Translations under genes and position numbers: made by a program
Shown here: positions 1-12,723 of the stretch, in pieces
Layout: each line of letters opens with the position of its first letter
How positions within the stretch are numbered: position 1 is the stretch's first letter
The notes under the pieces: model-generated
Told to the model about the DNA's origin: nothing
Databases searched by the model: none
Seen by the model: only the letters and a program-made list of their open reading frames with translations
Assembly (NCBI GenBank): GCA_951406725.2
Contig: OX597823.1
Location: 19,158,001 to 19,222,000 of the forward strand
Direction of reading: 5' to 3'
Source of the DNA: Octopus vulgaris
Lineage: Eukaryota
Length of the DNA: 64,000 bases

Positions 1-1112
1 TATTGTGTCATTTTAAAAATGAAGAATCACATCATTGAAATCTCAAAGCCATGAAATGATACAAGATTAATTTTACATGGTGTGAATACATAAGCTTTAC
101 ATTTTACAGAATAACCTGATTGCTAAAGGGTTAAACAATAAAGAAGGGGGCTGTGTGTATGTGTGTGTAAACCTTTTGTCTTGTGTGTGCTTTACACTTA
201 TGCACACACATTTACACACACTCGCACATACATGAGCCACTGTTTTGATGCTCAGCTACAGATATGCTCTCTCCTGTACACACACACATCAGTTCAGTTT
301 GTTTTTATAATCAGTGTTGCATTGAAACAACCATAATGAATATTATTATTGTTAATGAACCGAGCCCAAGCTTAAATGATTTCTCATATTGCTTTAAGCT
401 TCCAAGAAAGGCATGAATATCCCATATTCCTTATTAGAGATCTGAAATTAACGAGCCTTATAACCGAGAGTAAGGGTTGGGAGAAACAAAATGGTAACAC
501 CCCTCCACTCACCGATAGCAGATGCAGATATTGTAGAGAAATTTGGTTATGTGTAGGAGTAAGAATATGTAATACTGGTTCCAGCTGTTAATGAGAGAGA
601 GGAGGAGATGGAAGTGGTAGTGTCTAACTGGCATCTGAAGTGTGTCTCAATGAGAAAACTTACGCACCAACTGCATCACCTACTGTAGTATGTAACCACC
701 TCATACACACACTGTACTGCTAAGTAGAATTTTTCACAATTAGTAACATTTGGTTTCAGTTTAGAAGCAAAGCAGTCCTGTCTCCGCCACCAGACCTACC
801 AGGAGGGAGATTCATTGAGAAATTTATGCAAAGCCATTCTGAATTCTGGTTCTGGGAAAGTCAGAAACGGAAGCAGTATTTGGAAGTGCCGTACGTAATG
901 TTTAAGTGTTGTTGATGACCCAAGTCTGTGTCAGTGAGTGGAGGAAACGTATCTACTCAAAACCATATACAGGCATACCTCATCTTCGTCTTTTTCAACT
1001 TGATCATTTTGTCGAGAAAGTAATGGAAAAAATGAATAAATAAATAAAAATAAATCTCAATTTCTGTTGATTTATCAGACTTTACATCAGTCTTGGTGAA
1101 CATATTTAAAAG

Positions 1113-1356
1113 CAGGGCTGTGGAGTCAAAACAAAAAAAAACTCCGACTCTGACTCCTGTACTGTTGGCACCTCCAACTCTGACTCCTCTTTATGTAATT
1201 GATTGTGGTCTACATAACTCATAAAGCATATGCATACGCTTGTTCTTTGAGTCGGCCTATCTGTTGTAACTAGTTTATGTTAAAGAATAAAGATATTGTG
1301 AGTCGGAATCAGTTGGTATAGTTTTACCGACTCCGAGTCCAGCTTCCCCAGCTCTG
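1113..1356. mobile_element. hAT-type MITE (CAGGGCTGTGGAGTC family)
   Basis: 5' end cagggctgtggagtc, 3' end ccccagctctg, 8-bp TSD tttaaaag/ttaaaaag, subterminal gactcc repeats; homologous to 35403-35644. Confidence 0.78.
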
Positions 1357-1564
1357 TTAAAAAGTATGAAAAATTTTTTAAAATAAAACATTTAAAAGCC
1401 AATACTGAACTGGAAAAATCAAATAAAATATGTGTGAAAATATGTGCAAACCATTTATTAAAGCAAATATAAGTCAACAAAGATTTTAGAATGTTTTCTT
1501 ATTGTTTTTTGAGTAAAGTTGCTTTGCTTGGAATGTATACCTGTGGAGCAGTGGTTCTTAACCA

Positions 1565-1950
1565 GGGTCCACGAATGGGATCCACACAAACCTTGGGTCC
1601 ATGAATGGGGTCCGCACGAACCTTGGGTCTACGAATGGGGTCCACACGGATATTGAGTCCGCGAATGGGGTCCACACGAACCTTGGGTTCGCGAATGGGG
1701 TCCACACGGATATTGAGTCCGCGAATGGGGTCCACACGAATATTGAGTCCGCGAATGGGGTCCACACGAATATTGAGTCCGCGAATGGGGTCCACACGAA
1801 TATTGAGTCCGCGAATGGGGTCCACATGAATATTGAGTCCACGAATGGTGTCCACATGAACCTTGGGTCTGCGAATGGGGTCAGCACAAACCTTGGGTCT
1901 ACGAATGGGGCCCACCCGAACCTTGGGTCCGCGAATGGGACCCACATGAA
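1565..1950. repeat. 30-bp minisatellite, ~13 units, two variants
   Basis: gcgaatggggtccacacgaa followed by either tattgagtcc or ccttgggtc(c/t). Confidence 0.92.
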
Positions 1951-2054
1951 TTATATAGCATTTAGTTGTTAAAAGTTATATCTATTGAATTGGTTATACT
2001 TCTGCAATGCACAAAATATTTTGATTTTTTTTTTTTTAATACAGTTCCTAATAT

Positions 2055-2408
2055 CTTTTACCCTGTTTTGGTCATTAGACTGTGGCCATGCTTGGGCACC
2101 ACCTTGAGGAATTTTAGTCGAATGAATTGACCGCAATACTTTATTTTTCTAAGAGTGGTACTTATTCTGTCAGTCTCTTTTGCTGAACCACTAAGTTACA
2201 GGGATGTTAACACATCAACACCAGTTATCAAGCGGTGCCAGACACACACACACACACACAGAGTACTCATCTACCAAATCCACTCACAAGGCTTTTGTTG
2301 TTCCGAGACTATAGTAGAAGACACTTGCCAAAGGTTCCACTCTATGGAACTGAACCTGGAACCATGTGGTTGAGAAGCAAGCTTCTTACCACTCAGCCAC
2401 TCCTATAC
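2055..2408 (-). mobile_element. SINE family A nested in hAT element
   Basis: Reverse complement of family A head and tail. Confidence 0.75.
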
Positions 2409-2434
2409 CTAATTATAAAAATATAATATTTTCA

Positions 2435-2994
2435 AATTTCAACTGGGCAAGTGAAATCAGAATCGAAATTGAACCAATCTTATGACTGGCACCCGGCAGT
2501 TGCCAGTGCCTCTGGACTGACTCATGTGCAGGTGGCAAGTAAAGAAACACCATTTCAACCCTATGCTTGAGGAGACCTATTGAGTCAAGTACATCAAAAA
2601 TCAATGGAAATTGTAGTTGTGATCCCTGTGCCAGTGGCACATAAAAAGCACCATCCGAACATGGCCAATACCAGCACCGCCTTGACTGGCTTCTGTGCCG
2701 GTGGCATGTAAAAAGCACCATCCGAACGTGGTCAATGCCAGTACTGCCTTGACTGGCTTCCATGCCGGTGGCACGTAAAATGCACCAATCCGATCATGGC
2801 TGTTGTCAGCCTTGCCTGGCATGTAAAAAGCACCCACTTCACTCACAGAGTGGTTGGCGTTAGGAAGGGCATCCAGCTGTAGAAACACTGCCAGATCAGA
2901 CTGGAGCCTGGTGCAGCCTTCTGGCTTCCCAGATCCCGGTCAAACCGTCCAACCCATGCTAGCATGGAGAACGGACGTTAAAAGATGATGATGA
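2435..2994 (+). mobile_element. RTE 3' UTR/tail copy nested in hAT element
   Basis: gtgccggtggcacgtaaaa units, ggttggcgttaggaagggcatccagctgtagaaac, ccatgctagcatgg, (GAT)n tail. Confidence 0.8.
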
Positions 2995-4440
2995 GTAGGG
3001 GTCCAGTGGAGTAACATTGAAATCAAAGGGATCTGCAAGCAAAAAAATGGTCAAGAACCACTGCTGTAGAGTCTACTTTGTTAGCTTGTTGTATGGATAG
3101 TCTGATGGATGTTTAGTATGTTACTTTCTACTGGAAATAGAGCAGCAAGCATTTTAGTAGCAGTAAAGACACGGAGGATGCTGCTTGTAACAGTACGGTG
3201 GTGATTATAACATGTTGGTTGGTAATTAGAAGTTGTTTGCCTATCAGTAAGATGCCCCCCCCCCTCTTTTTTATTTTACTTTTGATATTTATCTGGAATA
3301 TTTGGGTGTATGTTATCGTTATCATTTCAGATAGGGAGTCCCACTTAGAATGTAGTTCATATAGCAACAGCAACAGCAGCAACAACAACTAATGTCTTAC
3401 ACTTAGTAGGCTACATCAGCGAGTGTATCGTTTCTAGAATATAGCCATGTTCTTGAGAGATCGTTTGTTGATGTGACATCTGCTCAGTGCGGAGGAATAG
3501 AATTAAATTACTGTTTAAACCAGGAAATCAATTCCCCCACCCCACATGTTTTACATTATTAAATTTAATTAAACTATTACATTTCTATTAAGAAAACAAC
3601 CTTTTAGTTTGTAATTTGCTAAGTTTAATCCCAACATTGTGTAATAGAAGCTGACTCCTTTTATATATTTTGTTTATTGTCTAACGAAAGGGAACCAGAA
3701 CATTTAGCATTTGTAGAACTTCTTAGACTGGGGTGTGGTATAATATCTTGGTGAAGGTTACATAAGCATTGTGGTCTCTCTGCTTGTATGCGCATAAGCA
3801 TGTCAATGCATAATTGTCTGCGTTTGCTGTGCACGTCTGCATATGTGCAATGAGTTTCTCTCCTCCACCCATCTCCCTCATTACACTGTCTCAAAGCTAG
3901 AAACTAAGAACAGATTCTATTTATAAAAGTCAGGATGGCTGTCTGTACCCTCCCCTCATCCTGTTTTATTTTTGATGTTGGTGATTTCAGCAAAGAGTAA
4001 TAAAGATAAATCAAATGGGTATCATTTAACTTAAATTGCCTTATTTAAAAAAAAAAAAAAAAAAAAGTGGGGCAGTATGTTACCTTTTACAGGCCCATTA
4101 AGACTGATGATATTGATGTTTTTGATGTTCCCTTTGGAACTTCTGCAGTTGTAGTTTGGCAATATGGACAGCAAGAAGCTGAAGAAGGCCTATTAAAAAT
4201 AGCAACCAGATCACACCTTACTATATAAAAGCAGAACACATTGGAAAATGTTGTTCTAGGTATGTTTTTCCATGCTTGAGTGAGTTGGATGAATATGTAT
4301 CAAGGTTTTGCACTACGGCTGGATGTCCTTCCTGTTACTAACCCTTGTTTTTTCAAGTAAAGGATTTTTATTTGTTATATTTGAAAGTGCAAAGCCAGTA
4401 GACAATTTGTTGACAAGGAACTTCAATAAACATCACCATG

Positions 4441-4832
4441 GTGCAGGAGTGGCTGTGTGGTAAGTGGCTTGCTTACCAACCACATGGTTCTGGGTTCAGT
4501 CCCACTGCGTGGAACCTTGGGCAAGTGTCTTCTACTATAGCCTCGGGCCGACCAAAGCCTTGTGAGTGGATTTGGTAGACGGAAACTGAAAGAAGCCCGT
4601 CATATATATGTGTGCGTGTATGTTTGTGTGTCTGTGTTTGTCCCCCTAGCATTGCTTGACAACCGATGCTGGTGTGTTTACGTCCCCATCACTTAGTGGT
4701 TCGGCAAAAGAGACCGATAGAATAAGTACTGGGCTTACAAAGAATAAGTCCCGGGGTCGAGTTGCTCGACCAAAGGTGGTGCTCCAGCATGGCCGCAGTC
4801 AAATTACTGAAACAAGTAAAAGAGTAAAGAGT
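4441..4832 (+). mobile_element. tRNA-derived SINE family A (~390 bp, internal (TA)n(TG)n tract)
   Basis: A-box-like gtggctgtgtggtaa, B-box-like gggttcagtccc, core ccttgggcaagtgtcttc, tail gactgaaacaagtaaaagag. More than 20 copies or fragments in the window. Confidence 0.85.
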
Positions 4833-5832
4833 ATGGGGAAATATAATGTATGAAAATAATGGTAGATGGACATAGCCTAGAACAGGCTGGATGAAAAACA
4901 CTTAGAACACTTCTGTTAGTTGTTGGTTTTTCCACTTGGTATTTTTGTGAGCTTAACCTTTTAGCATTTAAACTGGCCATATCTGGCTAAAATAACGACC
5001 TGTTTTATCTTCAAACTGGCCAGATATGGCTTATCACACTTACTCTACAATATTATATTATTATACTTAGTTGCCACTTCTAGCAAACTGAGTAACTATG
5101 TAGAGACCTCTCCATTGACTTGCCAAGTTTATGTTGAGATGTGATATTCTCTGTGATGGCAGTGTTATCTCTTTAATGCAGGTGAACTGTGAATGATACA
5201 CTACTAACACATACTTTGAATTGTCATTTTATTTTAATTTCTCATGTGTTTGGTGGAGGAGTGGCTGTTCTCAGAGGGTCTCAGAAAAATAATGTTGGTG
5301 CCAAGAACATAGAATGTTGTAGTGAGAAAATCCAAGATTACTTCTTTTTTTTTATAATGTTACAAATAGTTTTTACATATACATGCATGTGCAAATTACA
5401 CATGAATGTATACACACATACACACACATATTTGCACTCGCATACAAATACTCTCGTGCATGCACACATGGTTGCAGATTTGGGATGGAGAAAAATGCAA
5501 GTTTACTAATTATAATAGATAATAAAAATTCCAGTATATTTCTTCTGACCATCTGCATGCGAGTCTGCAGCCAATTGTGCATGGGTAAGAGGAAGGGGGA
5601 AGCTCTATTGGCGCACACACACACACACACACACCTACATTTAACCAGGATGTATTAAGTAGAAACAATATACTAGAATTTTTATTATCTTTATAATAGT
5701 AAACTTGCATTTTCCCTGACTGCGCGTGCGCGAGCAGTCTGGCTGACTCTGCGAACCTCTAACCCACTGCACGCACATGTTTGAATGACTATACATGTGC
5801 AAGTCTCTGACTGATTGTGTATGCATGAAACT

Positions 5833-6510
5833 GCATTTGTGAGTATCTGACCAACTGTGCATTTGCGAGTATCTCACCAACTCTGCATTTGTGAGTATCT
5901 CACCAACTCTGCATTTGCGAGTATCTGACCAGCTGTGCATTTGCGAGTATCTGACCAGCTGTGCATTTGCGAGTATCTGACCAACTGTGCATTTGCGAGT
6001 ATCTGACCAACTGTGCGTTTGCGAGTATCTGACCAGCTGTGCGTTTGCGAGTCTCTGACCAGCTGTGCGTTTGCGAGTGTCTGACCAGCTGTACATTTGC
6101 GAGTGTCTGACCAACTGTGCATTTGCGAGTATCTGACCAACTGTGCATTTGCGAGTATCTGACCAACTGTGCGTTTGCGAGTATCTGACCAACTGCGCGT
6201 TGCGAGTATCTGACCAGCTGTGCGTTTGCGAGTATCTGACCAGCTGTGCATTTGCGAGTATCTGACCAGCTGTGCGTTTGCGAGTATCTGACCAGCTGTG
6301 CGTTTGCGAGTATCTGACCAGCTGTGCGTTTGCGAGTATCTGACCAGCTGTGCGTTTGCGAGTATCTGACCAGCTGTGCATTTGCGAGTGTCTGACCAGC
6401 TGTGCATTTGCGAGTATCTGACCAGCTGTGCATTTGCGAGTATCTGACCAGCTGTGCATTCGCGAGTATCTGACCAGCTGTGCATTTGCGAGTATCTGAC
6501 CAACTGTGCA
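5833..6510. repeat. 26-bp minisatellite, ~26 units
   Basis: Unit tgcgagtatctgaccagctgtgcatt. Confidence 0.95.
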
Positions 6511-6888
6511 AGCACGTGACAGTCTCTGCATGCTTGGGTCTGTGACCAACTGTGCATGCACAAGTCTCTGAGCATCTTGAAGTCAAAGATGTTCAGATAA
6601 GCAACTTTTTGTTTCCAGCCTAGCACACATCTAAAAATACCTTATTTAACAGGGCAAATTATAATTACTGATGCACCCAGTCAGCTTTGTTTATTCCATG
6701 CCATATGTTATAACAAACTTAAGAAACCCTATGTTCAATTCAATTTCCCCCCATTTTCAAGCTTATTTATTACTGTTATTCATCCATTTACCTAATTTTG
6801 TCACAGTTTGACTAACTGCATAATGTAGATTATAGTTTACAGCTATAGTTAAGAATGCAACTGTCCAATTCTATTTCACTCTATAGTG

Positions 6889-7305
6889 CTCTTTTACTCT
6901 TTTACTTGTTTCAGTCATTTGACTGTGGCCATGCTGGAGCACCACCTTTAGTCGAGCAAATCGACCCCAGAACTTATTCTTTGTAAGCCAAGTACTTATT
7001 CTATTGGTCTCTTTTGCCGAACTGCTAAGTTACGGGGACCTAAACAAACCAGCATCGGTTGTCAAGCAATGTTGGTGGCGGTGGGGGGGGGGGCACAAAC
7101 ACACACACACACAAACATATACACACACATACATATATATACGACGGGCTTCTTTCAGTTTCCGTCTACTAAATCCTCTCACAAGGCTTTGGTTGGCCCG
7201 AGGCTATAGTAGAAGACACTTGCCCAAGGTGCCACGCAGTGGGACTGAACCCGGAACCATGTGGTTGGTAAGCATGCTACTTACCACACAGCCACTCCTA
7301 TGCCT
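6889..7305 (-). mobile_element. SINE family A, full length
   Basis: Reverse complement of 4441-4832. Confidence 0.85.
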
Positions 7306-7629
7306 GCTCTTTATAATAATTATTGTTGTTCTTTCGCATCGGCAGCCAGAGCATTTTACCGTTTTCGAGGTGTTGTTCATCTAGCAGTATGTAGATTATG
7401 GCAAAGTTAAATTGAACTGCTCAGTTACGTTACTCTTGATCTAAATCTCAAAATTCCATCTCCTCGTGTTTTATTGTTGACCGGCCTAACTCTGGACTCT
7501 CAGTTCCATTAACCACTTGCTTCTTCCGACACGATGACATTAACTCCACTTCCCCCACCCCACCTTATATAAATTAGCTCCATTCAGATTCCCCTGTCTC
7601 GTGTACTATCTCATCTCATGAAGTGGAAG

Positions 7630-8600
7630 GGTCAGTATAAAGTTTAAGACCGTTAGCAAAAACAAAAACAAAAAAAAAAACCCAGCCTACTAAGGTGTAA
7701 AAGTTTTGTGCAAACAAACGTGGGCGTGGGGAGAGGACTTTCGAAAAATTCACAAGATCCAATTTTCCCCCTCATAGCTTTCAGGAAAATGGATTTAGAT
7801 TGATTGAATTTTATAGAAATACTGTTCAAATGGCGCAAAGAAATTTCTGCGGGAAATTTTTTCCAAAGGGGTGGGGAGAGGATTATCTGAAAGTTGTTTC
7901 TGTAAAATCTCCTTAAAAGATATCCAAAAATGGATTATGTGAATTTTCAAACAGCATAGATTACGATAAGAAAATTTGTGGGGAAAATATTTTCTGAAAA
8001 GGTGTGGGGAAGGACTGTCGTAAAGTTGACACAATCCATTTTTCCCCCCTCATAACTTTCAGGATCAAGTTTAGCGCCCAGTCACCACATGATTTTTTTT
8101 CCCACCACGCTAAAAACCACATTTTCAAAATTTTTAATTCCCCCCTCAAATTTTTTTTTCTTATCAAAAATTTTTTTTTTATCTACATGGAAAAATACTG
8201 AGATTAAGAATATGGGGGGTGAGGGTGGGAAACAAATTTTAATTTCAAATTTTTTATGAAAATCTCCAAAATTGATCAACACTCTCATCACCACCCCATC
8301 CTGCTGTCTAAAAGTGAAAATAAACGGCTGTTTTTTCTGTTTCTGCATGCATAGATTTATAGTGAAACAGCAAAAGAATAACGGCATGTGAAGCCCTCAC
8401 CATGAAACTTGATATGCTAAAAATAACAGCTAAATGTCTAGCAAATTTTTGTGCTTGTGTGTGCATGAGTGCGACAATTTCTATAGCTTATCCGAATGAA
8501 CAGAGAAAGCGCACAGAAATATATTTTATACACCTGTCGTATTCGTTAGTTTTGTTTTTTCACTTTAAAGGTAAACAATTCTGATAGAAGTAATTACCTT
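7630..8600. repeat. Unclassified ~1-kb element with internal direct repeats, possibly Helitron/Helentron-associated
   Basis: ttttccccc(c)tcata.ctttcagga at about 7762 and 8040; gtggggag-type motifs three times. Termini not defined. Confidence 0.3.
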
Positions 8601-8914
8601 ACTGTCAATTCATTGGATTAATCTCAACAAAATACTACAAGTTTAGTCTCTGGCTCAGCACCTATGTTTGTGTTCTTCATTCCAAAATAATAACAACTTT
8701 AACATACTTCCAAAATGGGGCTTCGTCCATGTGTACCCATTCATAAGGCTTCGGTTGGCCCAAGGCTATAGTGGAAGACACTTGCCCAAAGTGCCAAACA
8801 GTAGGACTGAACCTGGAACCATGTGGTTGGGAAGCAAGCTTCTTACCACACAGCCACTCCTGTGCCTATTATGTTAAAGTTTTTATTATTTTGGAATGAA
8901 GAACACAAACATAT

Positions 8915-9868
8915 TCAACCTCTACAAAAGTAAAGGTGACGCATTAGATATAATTACAGAGGTATCAAATTGTTGGATCAGGTGATGAAAGTCATGGAGA
9001 GGGTCATAACTCAACTAATCAGGGAGAGAGTTAGTTTAGTATAGACAAGATGCTGTTGGGTTTGTGCCAGTGGGAAACACCACTGATGCTATATTTCTGG
9101 TAAGACAGCTGCAGGAGAAATTCCTGGCCAAAGATAAACCTCTGTATTTGGCTTTTGTTGACATGGAGAAAGGCTTTGACAGGGTCTCCTGATCCCTTAT
9201 CTGGTGGTCAATGCTGAAATTAGGGATAGACGAGTAGTTATTGAGAGCTGTACAAGCCATGTACAGGGATGCTGTCAGTAAGGTGAGGGTTGGCAACGAG
9301 TATAGTGAAGAATTTTGGGTAGGAGTGGGGTCCACCAAAGATCAGTCCTCAGCCCCCTCTTATTCATCATAGTCCTCCAGGCAATAACAGAGGAATTCAA
9401 AACAGGATGCCCTTAGGATCTCCTATGTTGATGACCTTGCTCTAGTAGCTGAGTCACTTTCAGAACTAGAGAAGTTTCAGGTGTGGAAGCAAGGCCTAGA
9501 ATTGAAGGGCCTTAGAGTCAAACTAGCAAAAAGTCCTAGTAAGTAGGAAGGCAGGCAAATCACAAATCCCTTCAGGTAGATAGCGCTGCTTGATTTTAGA
9601 AAAGGCATAGGTAGAAACTCCATAAGATGTACCCAATGTAAGCTATGGACACATAAGAGATGCAGCAATATCAAAGAAAGGCTAACTGGGAAGACAGTTT
9701 TTGTGTGTGGCAGATGCACAGGGGCAATAAACATTGAAAATGTACAGAAAACAGCTTCCATCACTTGCAAGTGGGAAAAACTAGAAGCGGTTGATAGCTT
9801 CCATTACCTAGGTAACCAAGTCAGTTTTTGGGGAGGATGCTCTGAGAGCATAGCTGCTAGAATAAGAA
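8915..9868 (+). pseudogene. Decayed RTE reverse-transcriptase fragment, same family as 54327-57229
   Basis: Nucleotide match to the RT region (e.g. gctatatttctggtaagacagctgcaggagaaattcctggccaaagataaacc) with stops and frameshifts. It includes the PHD-like segment and ends abruptly at a SINE-C fragment. Confidence 0.88.
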
Positions 9869-10050
9869 GTCGACTTTGCCTTTCATCCTTTCAGGGTCGA
9901 TAAATTAAGTACCAGTTATGCACTGGGATCGACGTAATCGACTTAATCCCTTTGTCTGTCCTTGATTGTCCCCTCTGTTTAGCCCCTTGTGGGCAATAAA
10001 GAAATAAGAAATAATTTTTTTTATTGATTCTATTTTCTCTTTCTTTACAG

Positions 10051-10243
10051 AACCTCGAGTTCCATGGGGTTATGCGATTCTTCTTTCAAGATGCTGGCGC
10101 CAAGGTTGCAACTAAATGCATCCGGGTGTCCAGCACTGCAACTGCCAAAGAGGTAATTGATGTCCTTATAGAAAAATTCCGTCCGGATATGCGAATGTTG
10201 ACGCAGAGCAATTATAATCTGTATGAAGTTCACCCAAATTTAG
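10051..10243 (+). CDS. AFDN: Afadin (AF-6/canoe) internal coding exon, N-terminal part of first Ras-association (RA1) domain
   Basis: Acceptor ttttctctttctttacag, donor G|gtaaga, 193 nt (phase 0 to 1). Translates NLEFHGVMRFFFQDAGAKVATKCIRVSSTATAKEVIDVLIEKFRPDMRMLTQSNYNLYEVHPNL, matching the afadin motifs LEFHGVMRF..Q, ATKCIRVSSTAT and EKFRPDMRML. The first coding exon lies upstream of the window or was not recognised. Confidence 0.96.
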
Positions 10244-11769
10244 GTAAGATTTCACTACAATCACTCCAAAACTCTTAAGCTTTTTCTTCAACTTGTTGAT
10301 ATTTCTTGTTTATTTAATGTTTGTTGGTGTTGGGATGTGGTGCATATATATCCACATGTGCATATATTCAAGCACACACCCTAGCATGCGATTATACATG
10401 TTTTATGCATGTGCGTAGACAGACACCCACGCACATGAAGTTTGTAGGTTGATTATATTCCACATGTCTTTTAATAACATTTGTTTTTCTACTCATACAT
10501 ATGTTTATATTTTACAAATAACTGTTAGAATTACTGCTGGCTCGGTTGGTACCATGCCTGTCAACCAAAAGGTTACAGGTTTGTGTTAATAGCCAAATGA
10601 ATGTTTCTTCATATCTCTTACTGTTTTAGCTCTGTTCTAGCCTTAATCCAGCAGATCTGTAATCATAGACATTCCAACCATGACCATATTTTCTGTTTGT
10701 TGGTCATTATATTGTCCAGTGTGCTCCTCTTTAAGACTATATGATTTGAAGGAAATTTAGCTGCTCATTGGACCAAAACATTGTACGTTACTGTTTAGTC
10801 TCAGGTCAGCACAAAGGAAAGACAGTCAGTCCATTTATGACCATTGCACCTTTTTCCAATGTGTAGGGAACCCAGGAAGATTTGACTGCTATTTCTAGCA
10901 GCTTGAGTAACTGCATATAGGCTCCCTTATTTACATGGTGTATGTATCTTGTTACAGTTTACTGTTAAGATTGATATTTAGATTTGTAGCAGTTATTTAG
11001 TTAAAAATTGATTTTTGGCCAAAGTAGAGTACCACTGCTATATTGGTACTGCAATTGGTGCTAAAGTTAGAAACTGTTGGATCTTATATGATGATGGATA
11101 ACAGGAACCAACTAGCCAGAGATTGGCACTGAAGTCTAGTGTTTGCATTAGAATGGTTTCTACAGCTGGATGCCCTTCCTAATGCCTATCACTTCATGTA
11201 CTAGATGCTTTCTTGGTGCACTGCTTTCTTTTGTAGCACTAGCACTGGAGTATCTTGCGAAATAAGATTCCTATAGTGTTGGGGGCATGCAGGATAAGAC
11301 CCCTGTAGTGTTGGGGGAGATGGAAGAAACATACTTTGCTGAAGATAAAATTTGCGGCTTCCCTTGCTCTTGTTATTTGTAAATCTGTTTTAGTAGGGAG
11401 CTTTAAACTGTTTTTAGATATAATTTTGCTTACAATGATTGTTTCCTGTATGTTCATCCATAGGAAATATATTTATGATTCAGCTCTGATATTAGGTAAC
11501 CTGAAAAAAAGCACCCGGTACACTCTGTAAAGTGGTTGGTGTTAGCAAGGGTATCCAGCCATAGAAACCATGCCAAAGCAGACATTGCTGTGCGATGCAG
11601 TCCTTTGGCATGTCAGATTCTGCTAAATCTTCTAACTCATGCCAGCATGGAACACAGACGTTAAAATGATGATTACTCAGAGTATTACAAGGTATTATAA
11701 TGACTGAAACATTTAATACCTGCTTGAGGTGTCTTTGTAAATCTTACTGAAAGAAATTTTTTTTAGAAT

Positions 11770-12075
11770 TCATCATCATTTAGCGTCCGCTCTCCATGCT
11801 AGCATGGGTTGGACGGTTTAACTGGGGTCTGTGAAGCCAGAAGGCTTCATCAGGCCCAGTCAGGTTTGGCAGTGTTTCTACGGCTGGATGCCCTTCCTAA
11901 CGCCAACCACTCCGTGAGTGTAGTGGGTGCTTTTACGTGCCACCTGCACAGGTGCCAGACAGAGCTGGCAAACGGCCACGAACGGATTGTGTTTTTACGT
12001 GCCACCGGCACGGGGGCCAGGCGAGGCTGGCAACGGACACGAACGGATGGTGCCTTTATGTGCTACCGGCACGGT
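11770..12075 (-). mobile_element. RTE 3' UTR/tail copy
   Basis: catcatcatttagcgtccgctctccatgctagcatggg followed by gtgccaccggcac units, near-identical to 54327-54600. Confidence 0.82.
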
Positions 12076-12338
12076 AAAAAAAAAAAAATTTTTTTACATC
12101 CAGTTTGAGATTCAACTGAATGATAAATGCAGAGATCCAATTTTCAGTGGCAGAAGTTTCTGGATTTACATTAATTTAATCAATGTAGAGTCTCATTTCT
12201 GAAAATGATAGTGTGATTTGAGAGAGATTTGGCTGCTGTTTTTAGCAGTCAGCAATAGGGTGGAAACTTTTTAGATTATATAGTTCATCTAAGTCAGTCA
12301 GTCAGTCAGTCACAGCATAACTATTTTATTATCATCAA

Positions 12339-12723
12339 CTAGCAGTATCGCCCGGCGTTGCTCAGGTTTGTAAGGGAAATAACTATAAAGCATTTTTAGA
12401 GAGTTATAGCCAAAAAATAGCAAAAAAATAGAAAAAAAATGATGGTGAATTTTTTTCTGAGTTAAAAAAAGGTCGAGTTGCGTCCCCAAGACAGTCTGTG
12501 GTTTGTGTTTCTGATTCTCGACCCCATGTCGAATTTATCGATTTTTTTCAGAACTGAGGGAACTTTTCAAAATTTTCGCTGCGTTAGTTTTGAATTATGA
12601 CATTGGGCTATGTGTGTGTCAAGTTTCATCAGAATCGGTTGAAAGCCGTGGTCAGAGTGAGGGTACAACCAAACAGACACACAGAAACACACACAGACAA
12701 ACTGCCGTTTATATAGAGAGAGA
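12339..12723 (-). mobile_element. Non-autonomous Helitron
   Basis: On the minus strand reads A|TCTCTCTCTATATAAAC ... CCTGAGCAACGCCGGGCGATACTGCTAG|T: 5' TC, subterminal GC hairpin, 3' CTAG, inserted between A and T with no TSD. Confidence 0.78.

Larger units (their letters stand above)
1549..3063. mobile_element. hAT (Charlie-like) non-autonomous element expanded by a minisatellite and two nested retroposons
   Basis: TIR cagtggttcttaacc/ggtcaagaaccactg (14/15); 8-bp TSD ctgtggag (1541-1548) / ctgtagag (3064-3071). Confidence 0.85.

Noticed and set aside
590-1020. Possible afadin first coding exon or other exon
   Set aside because: The frames I translated showed no afadin N-terminal similarity and no convincing splice pair.
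1499-1972. Overlapping repetitive ORFs on both strands
   Set aside because: Translations of the 30-bp minisatellite; open in many frames with no splice context.
5641-6626. ORFs of 228-306 aa
   Set aside because: All three minus frames give permutations of one peptide, as expected from a stop-free 26-bp unit.
10024-10278. ORF-track boundaries as a stand-alone 84-aa gene (also 48344-48538)
   Set aside because: Start and stop fall in intron sequence; true limits are the AG/GT sites.
11809-12202. Recurrent short ORFs such as FLQLDALPNANHSVSVVGAFYVPPA, suggesting a peptide gene family
   Set aside because: They are antisense readings of the RTE 3' UTR; frames differ between copies.
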